From Azolla caroliniana (taxonomy: Eukaryota; Plantae; Polypodiophyta): a DNA stretch of 64,000 nt. A model generated the notes under the pieces. That model was not told the DNA's origin, did not search any database, and worked only from the letters and a program-made list of their open reading frames with translations. Positions within the stretch are counted from its first letter, which is position 1; each line of letters begins with the position of its first letter. The position numbers were made by a program, and so were the translations under genes. Below are positions 23,585-36,800 of this stretch, piece by piece. The DNA lies in contig JBHGNT010000011.1 in the NCBI GenBank assembly GCA_043228905.1, positions 248,001 through 312,000 on the forward strand, given 5' to 3'.

Positions 23585-23800
23585 TTTAGCATATTTAACA
23601 AGTATTTAACATATTTTACAAGTATTCTACACGTATTCTAAGTATTCTAAACGAATTCTACATATATTCTATGTATTCTAAACGTATTCTAAGTATTTAA
23701 CGTACTTTATCTATAAAATACGTATTCTAAGTATTTAAAAAGAAGAAGTAAGAATACTTAGAATACGTATTGTACATGTATTTTATGCTAAGTATTTTAC
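23585..23800. repeat. AT-rich minisatellite built from TATTCTA/TATTTAA units
   Basis: Repeated AGTATTTAAC, GTATTCTAA and ACGTATTCTA units visible directly. Confidence 0.7.
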
Positions 23801-24399
23801 AACAATGTAAAGCACTATGTATAAAGAATTCGTAGCTAGAAAGATTGATTGTAAAAGGAGCTTGACCGTGTAGCATGTAAAGGGACCATGAGCTTCCCAC
23901 TTGATGTATGAACAACTATGTAGAGGAAGGGTTTTGAAACTTAGTTGATTTACTCGCCTATTTCATATGTGCACAAGCAGATGTAGAGGAAGGGTTTTGA
24001 ACCTTCGTTGATTTAATCACGTACTTCATATGTGTGTTGGTTCATTCTTATTGGACCATGAGCTTCAAGCTTGATGGAAGATAAATTTAGCTATATATGT
24101 ATAAAGAACTATGTAAATGAAGAAATACTTTTCAACATGGTATTCAGGCCATTACCATATGCTCTTGTTTCTCCACTTTATAAGTTAAAAATCCTTTCCC
24201 CTCAATGCTCATAGTTTAATTACTAGTCATTGAGTACCTATATTCTTTACATCTATTATATAAGAAAGATTTTTGTTAGAAGTCATATTCAAGATTTGTA
24301 GACATGAAGGTTGTTGCATTGTTGCGATCTTGTCATGATGTGGTTAGCCCGAAGGTTGGAAAGTGACTAAAAAAGCTAATAAAGAATGGAGTGGATGCG

Positions 24400-27026
24400 T
24401 GTATGAAACAGTAAGAGAGAGAGAATGTGTAGCGTTTGGGAAAAAGGGTCAACGAAAGGGGAGTCACAAACTTACAAAGTGTAAATATGTAAATATAGAA
24501 TTATTAAATATACAAGTCCATACGGATTGACAGAAGTACTGATACATATTTCAATGCTCATCAATGAGCCCCTACACTAACTCCCAAAAATATATTCCTC
24601 CACGCAATATCTATCCAATGGCCTCCTTGTTTACGCACCGCTACAACCTCTCGTTGCGCACCCAGTTTATGCACCCAATGTTGAGCTTGTATCTCAACAC
24701 TCCCCCTCAAGCTCAACTTGAGGTTTTGCATGCTCTTCCGGATCTTCGTTCCGGCTTCTCCTGGCTTCTCGCCTCGCTTGCGCTCCTCGACCTGTTTGAT
24801 TCCGTGCGCCTCGACCCTTTCGGTCGGCTTGTCTGCACGTGCGACCTTTCTGAGCTCCCTTGCGGTTGCGTTGTTGGCACCTCTTCCGTTTCCGTTTCCT
24901 CCGCTTGGCCTTGAGTTGATTCGGCGTCTCCGAATCGAACATTCGAACCGAATCGGCTGTCTCCGATTCGTTTCTGCTCTTGCTCGAATTGGTTGTCTCC
25001 AATTCGTCTTCTGTCTTCAGGCCCTTAACCACATCAGACCATGTCTTGGTTTTGGCCTTCTCTCCCTTCTTGGCTTCATCTCCCCCTTGTTCGGTTGACT
25101 CCAGCTCTTCCCTTCGATTGCGGCCCTTGTTTCCGTCTTCGGCTTCTTCAACCGTCCCAAAATTGAATTCTTCATCCGACTCGGCCTTGCAAACAATATC
25201 GCTCCTTTCCTGGTCTTTTCTCTCCCTCAAGTTTGGCACGTCGAGATGCCCAAAACCAAATGCACCTGAGAATTCCTGCAACTTGTCGAGACCAAGGGGC
25301 TTGGTGAAGATGATGATAGTGTGCCAATTCGTCGGAACATGCACTAGTTCGACTTCACCGAAGAGGACACGGTCGCGGACAAAATGGTAGTGCACCTCAA
25401 TGTGCTTGGTCCTGGTGTGCAAAACGGGGTTTTTCACAAGTTGGATGTTGTTGAGGTTGTGGCAGTACATCGTCGTCGGAGCAGACACCTCCACCTACAG
25501 ATCCTTGAGTAGCCTCTTGAGCCAAATGGCTTCGCATGTCGCGACAACCGTTCCTTGATACTCGGCCTCCGTGCTCGACAGTGCAACAATCGATTACTTC
25601 TTACTGCTCTAGGCGATTGCAACGCTCCCAAGAGAGAAAGCAAACCCAGATGTGGATCTACAATCGCCGGCGTTTCTGGCCCAATCAGAATTCGAGTAGT
25701 CGACGAGCTGTGCGGCAATACCGGTCCGATATAGCAATGCCCTATCCTTAGTGCAGTGGACATAGTGCAATATCCTTTGTGCGCAATGAAGGTGTTCAGT
25801 CGTGGGCAACGACATAAATTGACTAATCAGGTGGGTCGGGTAACTGAGACCCGGCCGAGTGATCGTCAAATAAATTAGGCTTTCGAAAATATGTCGGAAC
25901 CGTGTCGGGTCACATGCCTTCCCCGAATTTGGGCGAAGGTTGACGTTCCTATCCAGAGGAGTTAAGATGGACTTACAGTCTACCATCCTGAATATGAAGA
26001 GCATACTCAACACGTAATGTCATTGGTTGATCAGTATGCCTAGGAAGTAATGAAGGTCCCCTAGGTCCCTCATGTCGAATGATGCCACAAGTTGGGACTC
26101 TATGCAGCCGATTTCATCTAGGTCGGCTCCGACGATTACTAAATCATCAACATAAAGTAAAATACTAACTGGTTCATGTCGACCTTGCCAGACGAATATT
26201 AAGAGTCCAATTTGGATATCGCAAACCCCAGCCGACGCAAGCATTGTGTGATCTTCGCGTTCCACGTGCACGGGGCTTATTTTAGTCTGTAGAGGGACTT
26301 CTTCAGTCAGCATACCACCGAAGTGTTCTTTCCAAACTGAAATATGGGGGGTTGAACCATGTACACCCGTTCCTCAAGTTCTCCTTGCAGGAACACATTC
26401 TTTACATCCATCTGATGTAAATGCCACCCCTATACCTCGGCTACCACAAGCAAAACACGGACGTTGTCATCTTCGCGACAAGCGCAAAGGTCTCATCGTA
26501 GTCGATGCCATATTACTCTGCGTATCCCTTCGCCACTAACCAGGCCTTGTAGCGGTTGACATAGCCGTCGGTGTTGTACACCCACTTGCAACCAATTGGC
26601 TTTACACCCTTCAGAGCATCAACCAAGTCCCAGGTTTCATTTTCCGCTAATGCGTGCATCTCTTCCTCCATTGAGGCATATGCCAATTTGCATCATTCGT
26701 CGCTTCTGTGTAGATCTCCAGCTCACCCACTTCCGCCACTCGCGTCATGTACGCATAATGATACGCCATGTGCTCGTTGTATCCGAACCGCACCACAGGG
26801 TTCTTTTCGCGGGTAGATCGGAGTAATTGCTCATTAGCCGATTTTGAGGCCCTCTTGGCTGACACGGACTTCATTTCCGAAGGTCTGTCTTCGTTATTCT
26901 TGGAGTCGGATTCGCTTCGATCCGACTCGTGTTTATCATTGTCGTACTCCTGCATCTTCTTTTTTCCCTTCTCTTTGCGCGTAAACCGCCTCCTCGAATT
27001 CCTGCGTAGGGAATGCACGACCGAGT
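24400..27026 (-). mobile_element. Degenerate copia 3' half (RT, RNase H, PPT, 3' LTR ~24400-24699), same lineage as 15391-20763
   Basis: LYVDDLVI, KHIEVHYHFVRD and FGYNEHMAYHYAYMT; CTCCCCCTC (PPT complement) beside CAACA at 24699. The left LTR boundary is approximate. Confidence 0.88.
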
Positions 27027-28630
27027 TGTTGAGAAAGGAATCGTCAATCCACAAGAAAAGGAATATGCTGAAATACACAACTCAAAGACACAGAAAACAA
27101 TGTACACAGATTTAACGTTGAAAAACCCTAAAGCGGGAGTAAAACCGCGGAGAAAGGAGCTTCACTATACAATAGATATACAACTACTAGATCATAGTAC
27201 AACACTTTCTACACAAAGTGTAAACAACCTCACAGGGCTCTTGGTGTACATTGTTTCTAAACACAACTATGGCGCTGCTCACTCACTCACACTCGCACAC
27301 ACTCTCTTCTCAATAGAGCTATACTAAAGAGGCTCACACATCCACGCGCACACATGTTCTGTTTGCCCTAGGTGTATTTATACTAATACATAAAATGGGC
27401 TATTTACAATCATGGCCATTATTATCTAATAATAGTAGTCTTACTAATCAGCCGACTCATTCGTCGGCTGTCGGGTCGGTCCAACTAATCGGCCCATCTA
27501 ACTGGTCATGTCTTCAACCTCGATCAACTCTCTCTGAGTCGACTCCTCAACCATCGACTTTCATCCAATCTGTCGCCTCCTCCCACTAGAGGGACATATT
27601 CCTAACAAACTCCCCCTTCACTCATGTGGGGAGGAGTCTGTTATTTTTTTCCTTTGTCGACAGACTCTAAGTCGGTCCATCGGTAGGTTCTTTATCAACA
27701 TGTTGGATGTATTGTCGTCAGTATGGATCTTCACGAGGGTAAACTCACCTTCTTCGACTTTGTCCCATAACCAATGATACCTTCTCTGTATGTGCTTGGT
27801 CCGAGAGTGGTATGCAACATTCTTGGCTAGATGTATGGCATTGTGGTTGTCACAATGAAGCAAGAAATCCTTTTGCTTCATCCCCAACTCGTTGAGAAAG
27901 TGTCTCATCCAAATCAGCTCCTTGCCAGTCTCTACCATTGCCATGTATTCTACCTCTGTGGTCGACAAGGCCACAAACTTCTACAGTTGTGACTGCCACG
28001 ATATTGCTCCCCCTACATAGGTCATCACGTACCTTGACGTGTATTGGCTTGAGTCTACATCCCCCGACATGTTTGAGTTGGTAAACCCTTCGAGCATGGG
28101 TTTTCCAACACCATACTTAAGACACACACTCGAGGTGCCTTTTAAATACCTGAGTATCCATTTCATTACGACACAATGTTCTCATCCTAGATTACTCATG
28201 TATTGGCTTACTGTTCCCACAACAAATGCTATGTCTGGTCTCGTACAGACCATAACATACATTAAGTTGTCGACGACTAAGGCATATGGTATTTTCCTCA
28301 TCTCAACCTTTTCTTTCTCCCCTCTCGGGTTTTGCTTTGCATTTAACTTACAGTTAATCGGTAACACAGAGCCGACCGACTTTGCTTCCGACATGTTGAA
28401 TCTTTCTAGGATCTTAGTCACGTATTTCTCTTGTAATAACCACAACACTTTCTTAGTTCTATCTCGAACTATGTGCATCCCTAAGATCTGTTTAGTCGGT
28501 CCAAGATCTTTCATTGCAAACGATTTTCCTAGAGCTTTCTTCAAGCTTCCGATCTTCCTTGTATCTACACCGACTATCAACATGTCATCTACATATAACA
28601 AGATAATCAAGAAGTCACTTTCGTCGTACC

Positions 28631-29176
28631 TTTTGACGAACACACAGTGACCGGCCTGTGTTTTCTGGAACCTATGTTCCACCATGAAGGACTCAAACTT
28701 CATGTACCATTAGCGTGGAGCTTGTTTCAACCCATACAAGCTTTTCTTCAGTCGACACAATAGGTTCTCTTTCCCTTTCTCCTCAAAACCTTCGGGCTAT
28801 TACATGTAAATCTCTTCATCTAGCTCCCCGTGCAAGAATGTTGTCTTGACATCCAATTGTTCAATCTCCAGATCCATATTGGCAGTTATGCTCAAAACAG
28901 TTCTTTTGACGAACACACAATGACCAGCCTGTGTTTTCTGGAACCTATGTTCCACCGTGAAGGACTCGAACTTCATGTACCATTAGCGTGGAGCTTGTTT
29001 AAACCCATACAAGCTTTTCTTCAGTCGACACAATAGGTTCTCTTTCCCTTTCTCCTCAAAACCTTCGGGCTGCTACATGTAAATCTCTTCATCTAGCTCC
29101 CCGTGCAAGAATGTTGTCTTGACATCCAATTGTTCAATCTCCAGATCCATATTGGCAGCTATGCTCAAAACAGTTC
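28631..29176. repeat. 273-bp head-to-tail duplication within copia RT (28631-28903, 28904-29176)
   Basis: Both units begin TTTTGACGAACACACA and end CTCAAAACAGTTC. Confidence 0.93.
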
Positions 29177-32100
29177 TAATGGATATCTTTACAATTGGGG
29201 TGAATATTTCGTCGAAGTCGACACCCTTTTTCTATTGGAAACCCTTCACCACAATGCGGGCTTTATGCCTAGGTGCATTGTGGACTTCTTGTTATGTACA
29301 CATAACGTTGGCGAGGGTAGGTCACTAATATTTACATTAGTGAAGGGTATGTTCACTAATGTTAAAAAAGGGGCTAATGAGATTGGATAGAAGGAATGAT
29401 AGGTGCATCCATTATTATGATTTGGGCAACCAATGAATGGAGACCCTTTTAGAAAGGCACATCTATTCAAGGGGCCTAGGAAAAGGTATAAATATGAGGC
29501 TTAGCTACCCTCATAAGCGCATTACGTCGAAAGGTTATTGTCTTAGACACCAATGGTGCGGGCTAGGTTTTTGTCTCGACGATCGTGTTTATCTCATCCA
29601 AGGTATTAGTCATCCTAATATCCGGCGGTATGGGACGTTGGTGGTAGGTTGGCTATGTCTAGGTCATAGCTCGAGGGTGGTCGGGTGGAACGGGTTCTTC
29701 TATCCAATCTATTTTCCTTCTTTTACTTTACTTTGGTCTATTGATTAGTAATAGAATCTTAACAGCGGTATCAGAGCATTTACTAACAATTGTTTTTTGT
29801 TGTTTTGATGTTTTTTGTGTGTAAGCGATGGGGATATAACAAGGCTCGTCATGCTCTTTATAGTATCAAAACAACATTCTTAACCCGTTTTCGTCTTTCT
29901 TGATCTCTCTCTCCTTTTTTATGATGCATTCTTCTTGGTCGAATCAAATTTGTATTACGATTTATTTTCTTTCTTTCTACTTTCTACCATGCTAGGATTT
30001 TAATTATTATTTTGCATCGGGTCATGCGTGTTTGCACTAATCACACACGCTCAACTCATGGCCCTTTTCAATATTCTGATGTATCTCCCACTCTCCCCTC
30101 TCTTAAGCAATCTCTTACAATAATAATTATTCTTGTGCATTGGGTCGAGCGTGCTTGTCTAATCGTACACGCTCACCTCATGGCCCTTTGGCATATGATG
30201 TTGTGTATGCCACTCTTCCCTTTATTGAGGCATCACTTGGCCGATTCTATGAGATGTTGTGGCCTTGACGAGGTGTATGTCGCCTATCTATGCCACTCTA
30301 CTCTTTATTGAGCCATCACTTTACCGATTCTATAAGATGTGGTGGTCTTGAGGAGGTGCATGTCAACTACCCTAGGGTTTCTTACCTTATGGCATGCTTA
30401 ATGTTCATACACCTAATTGATTATTATTATACCTATTTTTTAATTACACAAGTTATCTTCTCCCTTTCTTAAGTTTTTCATCTACCCACCCACAGTTCAC
30501 TATATTTTTAACCTTAAGTTTTATGTTCATCTAGACTATTTACGTGTGTTTCCCTATTGGGTAACGATTTTGTGTAGTCTATTTTTTTCGTATTAAGTGG
30601 GCATCATGCCGCTTTTTAAATATTTTTTCAAAAGTGTCCTCTAGGTTTAGCTCATGTAATTGAGCCTTATAACTCGATTAAAAACACATGTGTTCCCCTA
30701 TTGTTGTTTAATACTCATAAAGTTGAGTACTACATCTTTGCGCACAACGCCACCACCATTTGTATCAACTTGTGGCTATGTCACAATTGTGCACATTACA
30801 ATCGCCATATTGGGATGGATATGTGCATACCTTGCACCATCCATTTGTTGGTGATATTTTTGTTTAGTAGCAACGCATGGTTTTTGAACCTTGTTTTCGT
30901 CATTTCTTGACTCTTATAGATAGTGACTTCTTTTTCTCTTTTTTTTGATAACATTTTCTTGCTACTCGCAAGACTAGAATATTACTTGTGAGTGTAATAC
31001 ATTTTCTCAACCATATCAATACATGTTGGGTTGGCATTCTAATATAAGGCTAACTAGGAAACTACAATGATGTTAGAACCATGGTTGAGCCTTGGGGAGC
31101 CGCCATGATTATTCAAGATAGAGATCTGAGAAAGACATCTTAACTATGTTTTCCATCATAGTTTTAAAATGCCATAGTGTTACCATAGTTATCGGATCTC
31201 GAATCACATCTCATATGTCTAGAGGGTCAAAGACGTGAGATGCTTTCTTGGTAAAGTTCTTACAATCAAAATTTCAAGCATTCATTTTGCTTGTGTATTT
31301 TCTAAACCTCCTTATTTATATTGCATACCCACAACTTGCATCATGGAACAAGTTTTGAATGTTGTTGGAGCGATTTCTCTGACCAAGACCTCTCAACTCC
31401 AATCCGCATCTCGCACACAAGCTGAGATCACTATTGAACAATTGCTCACTACTACCTTGATTCAATTGGCCGAAATGAGTCTAAGAAAGAAGGTGAACCT
31501 TCTTTCGTAGTAATGCCATTCAAGGGAGATAAGAAAGAAAAAACCGAGGAGGCTTGGTCATTGGGAGTCTCAATTTGAGCTCCACCCCAAGCCCGATGCT
31601 GTAAAAATTGGTTATGTCGGTCATGAGTTAGGTGACCGAGTTATTGCTTGGTGGCACGGCCTAAGGACTGCAAAGTACTTACCCACAACTTGGGAAGGTT
31701 TCGTTAATGTTTTTAAGAAACAGTTTTTGCAACCACCTTCTCAAATTGAACAAGCGCAGCACTTGCTCACATTGTCGAGTAAGCCATTTACCTCTCTCGA
31801 GGATTATATGCATCATGCTTGGACCCAGATCAAAAAATCGGGACTTACGAGTGAGAAATGGTTTGTTTCTTGTTTTTTGAATGGTATTCCCAATGGGGAT
31901 TACCATTGGATTGTCCATGACAAGGACCCCACAACTTTCGAGGAAGTCGTCAACATTGTACTTCGGTATCATAGGACTTCCAAGAAAGACCACAATAAAC
32001 CTAAGTTCGCCAAAACTCTAAATGTCAAGTTCATTGGGAAACGTAAGCAATCCAATGACAATCTTGATCGCGACTCCAAGAAACCAAACCTCTTCTATGC

Positions 32101-33839
32101 ATATTGCAAGAAGCGAGGCCACACAAAGGATACCTGTCGTCTTGAGAGGAAGTCAATGAACACCCCTCCTCAAGACAAATCTACGAGTTACACAAGTGAG
32201 TCTTTTAATGTTGTTGAAGTTCATACCAACCACTTAAGTTCATGTGAATGCACTTTTCCTTCACATTTACTTGGACCTAATGATTTACTCCGAGCAATTG
32301 GGTATATCAATGGAACACAAGCACATTTCTTGTTTGATTCTGGTAGTTCTCACAATTTTCTTAATGATCACTTTGTGCAGCAAATAGAACTCCACATAAA
32401 CGCAAGTGATCATATCTATCAAGTTCACATGGCAAATGGAAGCGTTCAATACATTAGTGACATTGTTTGTCAACTGCCAATTCAAATAGATACCTATTTG
32501 GAGAAGCTACAATCCACAAATGTTATTTTAGGATACCCTTGGTTTTTTAATAAAAACCCTTCTTTTTCCATTGACTGGGTTAATCACTCGATCACATTTG
32601 AAATTCATAATTGTAAACATTTTATTCAATGTTCCATACTTCCTTCTTGTTCACTTGTGTCTTCTAAATCTTTAAGTGAGTATTCTAGTTCATTAATTTA
32701 TTTGTGTGTAATTGATCCTGCGCTTCAATTTTATTATTTTAATATTGACGCCACACAATTACCACATTATGAACAACAATTACACGACTCTATTTTAGAT
32801 GATTTTCAAGACGTGTTTCCTAACGAATTGCCGTTTAGTTTACCACCAAAACGTAATGTGGACCATCAAATTGAACTCATCCCCGGTGTTGCTCCTGTGA
32901 GCATTCCACCTTATCGACTTAGTTGATTAGAAGAGGATGAGATCGCTAAACAACTTAAGGAATACTTGAGTATGGACCACATTAGATATAGTAAATCACC
33001 TTCGGGTGCACCAGTTCTATTAGTTAAGAAGAAGGAAGGTAATGGTGAATGTGTATCAATTATCGCCATTTGAATAAAATGACAATTAGAAATGCATATC
33101 TATTACCTCATGCCAATGGTTTGATTGTCGATGATTTGCATGGGGCCCCAAATTTTATGAAAACTGACTTACGAATAGGTTATCATCAGATTTGCATTGT
33201 CGTGAATGATATTCCTAAAACTGCTTTTCGTATGCGTTATGGCCATTATGACTTTTTAGTCATGCCTTTCGGGTTGACTAAGCGATGAATGACATTTTCC
33301 GAGATCAACTCGGTGATTTTGTAGTCGTCTTCTTGGATGATATTTTGATATCTAGTCGTACCTTGCAAGATCATGTTCAACATGTTCGATTTGTTTTGCA
33401 AAAGTTGTGTGACAACACTTTCTATGCAAAACATTAAAAATGTGATTTTTTCCAAAAATCTATTGTGTACCTAGGTCATTTAATTACATAAAATGGCGTT
33501 GAAATTGAACCTTCTCGTATCTAAAAGGTTAAACTTTGGCCCATTCCTCTTAATATTCGTGAACTGCAATCATTCTTAGGGTTTGTTGGATTTTTACGAA
33601 AATCAATTCGTAACTATTCCAAATTGACTATGCCATTAACTGACCTTTTAAAAGGTCATCCACGTAAGTTTGTCAAACCGATTGCATGGAATGAACAACT
33701 TCACAAATCATTTGAGACACTCAAAAAGCATGTGTGTCAAGCTCCGAGTCTTCTATTATTGGACTGTTCTAAGCCTTTCTCAATCGAAACCGATGCTAGT
33801 GATTATGCCATTGTTGTCGTTCTTTATCAAGGTGGTCAC

Positions 33840-36800
33840 TGTAGAAGACAAGGCCGTCAATGCGGAAGATCAAGTAGCATTCGATTGGGGTTGAGTACCT
33901 GCGTATGACAGTTTCCAAGATCGTGCACAGAGATAGAGAGAGAGAGAGAGAGGAGGCACACAAGACTCTTTCTATTCAATAGAAACAATAATACAACCAA
34001 CCTTACAAAAAGGTTATTAGGTCACTTTATATAGTGACCGACTTAGGGCAACTACCATTTATGTTAATTACACAAATGGCCCAAACTTGAGCTATACAAA
34101 GGGATAGTGTGAATACGTCCATTATACACTTGTATTCGACACTCCCCCGTAATGGGCGTATACATGGGTTATCTAAGATTACAGGTATAAACCTAGGTTC
34201 TCGGACATATCAGTTTTTGTTCGAGTCGGCAGGGTCCGAAGGCAGAAGACCGAACTGGTCGGGTCGGAAGAGTTGAAGCCGATCATTAAGGAACTGATGT
34301 CGGTTGTCCGAAACCATCCTGCGCTGTGTCCGACTCTAACCGGACTGGTTTGTCGTTACGCCCATCTGATGCCGAAGGGACCGAAAGCGGTCTGCCGAAA
34401 GACACTTGGTCATTCCATCTGCAACATTGTCGGTTGTGGATATTTTCTCTAGACCGATTTTCCCTGAAATGACGCAGTCCCGAACGAAGTGATATCGAAC
34501 GTCGATATGTTTGGAGGCGTTGTGGTGAACCGGATTTTTCGACAAGGCAACAGCACCTTGACTGTCGCTATAGACAACTGGGGCCGAGTCATGGTCGACT
34601 TGTCGAAACGTGTGCGCCAGCCGGCCGAGCCACAAAGCTTCTTTTGCAGCGTCAGACGCAGCTACATATTCTGCTTCGGTCGTTGAGGTCGCTGTGCACT
34701 CCTGAAGTTTTGACTTCCACGAAATTGCTCCATTGCCGAATTTGAAGCAGTATCCAGTTGTTGATTTCCGATTGTCTATACAGCCGGCGAAGTCCGAGTC
34801 GGTGTAACCGACTACGCCTGAGGTTGAGTTCGGACCGAAAAGAATGCCGTGGTCTTTTGTGCCAGCCAGATATTTGAACACATGCTTGACTGCGTTCCAA
34901 TGCGATCGGCCAGGATTGTGCATAAATCTGCTAACGACTCCTACGGCATGAGAAATATCAAGCCGTGTCGCGACCATTAGGTACATGAGGGAGCCGACTG
35001 CCGGTGCATACGGTACCGACTTCATATCTTCCCCCTCCGGACCGGATGTCGGGCAGTCCCGCTGAGAGAGCCGAAGATTCATGGGGAGCGGGGTTGAAGC
35101 AGATTTGGCTGATTGCATGTTGAAGCGTTCCAAGACACGTCCGATATAGTCGGTCTGAGACAAAAAAAGATGTCGTTTATCGCGATGCCGACTAATCTTC
35201 ATGCCGAGTATGTGTCGTGCCGGACCGAGGTCCTTCATGGCAAACTTCAACCGCAATTGCCGAATGAGATCGGCAAGTTCGCCCGCGTGGCGTCCAGAAA
35301 TTAGCATGTCGTCCACGTAAATGATGAGGAAGATGGGTGATCCATCTTGAGCTGTGTTGGTAAAAAGACAATGGTCCTCATCGCTTTTTGAGAAGCCGAT
35401 CGATGGGATGAAGTCGTCGAACTTCTTGTACCATTGTCGCGGTGCCTGTTTGAGGCCGTATAGACTCTTCCTGAGTCGGCAGACTAGATGTTCTTGGCCA
35501 GTTGCCACGAAGCCTTTTGGCTGCTCCATATAAATTTCCTCTTCAAGATCACCATGGAGGAAGGCTGTTTTGACATCTAGCTGAATCAGCTCCAAGTTGT
35601 CGGCTGCCACTACGCCGAGTAGAAAACGAAGGGTTGTCATTTTCACCACTGGTGAAAAAATCTCGTCGAAGTCGACGCCATATTCTTGTCGGAAGCCCTT
35701 CGCAACTAATCTGGCCTTGTACTTTGGGGTGGTCGAATCAGACGTCTCTTTTAGTCGATAGACCCACTTGCAAGGAAGAGCACGTCGATTCTTAGGTAAT
35801 TCGACCAGATCCCAAGTCTTGTTTGCCCGAATGGAGTGCATTTCCGACTCCATCGCCAGATGCCAGGTGGCTGAATCGACAGATGTCGATGCTTCTTCGT
35901 AAGACGTCGGTTCGCCGGCGTCGGTGAAGAAAATTCCAGGAGAATACCTCTCCGGAGGTTGCGACAGTCTTTCGGATCGTCGAGGTATGATTGGACTGGT
36001 CGTATCGGGTATCGAGGTCGGATGGTCCGAAAGCGAATTATTCTGCTGTGCCGAGTCAGAGTTGTCCGAGTCGGTAGTGTAAGGTTCAGCTACCCGTGAA
36101 GCTGACCGTGTGTTGAGAGCGGGGCTTTCTTGAAGGGTCGGCACATCGAAAAATGTTACCGTTCGGACTTCGATCGGTGTTTCGACTGATGGATTCATAG
36201 CCGACTCGTTGAACACAACGTCCGAACTTCGAACGATTTGTCTGCGTTCGGGGTCCCAGAGTCGGTATCCCATTTCGCCGTCTGATCCATATCCAAGGAA
36301 AATGCATTTCCTGGACCGAGGTGCAAGTTTTCGGCGATCATCTTTCGGAATAAGGGCGTACGCCTCGCATCCGAAGATCCTCAGCTTGTCATAATTCGGC
36401 TTACTGCCGATCCATAGTTCCTGAGGAATTTGAAGTCCTAGAGGTCTGCTTGGCGACATATTGATTATGTGTACTGCCGTGAGTAGAGCCTCTGCCCAGA
36501 AGCCATCCGACAGTCCGGAGTGTTGGAGCATGGAAACTATCCGTTCTTGGATTGTCCGATTCATGCGTTCTGCAATCCCGTTTTGCTCTGGACTGTGTGG
36601 TGCCGTAAATTCACGTCGGATGCCGCGTTGTCGGCAGAATTTGACGAATTCTTCTGATTTGAACTCTCCCCCATTGTCGGTCCGAAAGCGTTTCAGTTTT
36701 CGGTCAGTTTGATTTTCTACCATAGCGAGCCAATCGGAGAAGATCGAGAAGACACGATCTTTGGTGCGAATTGGATAAGCCCACACCTTTCGAGTCGAAT

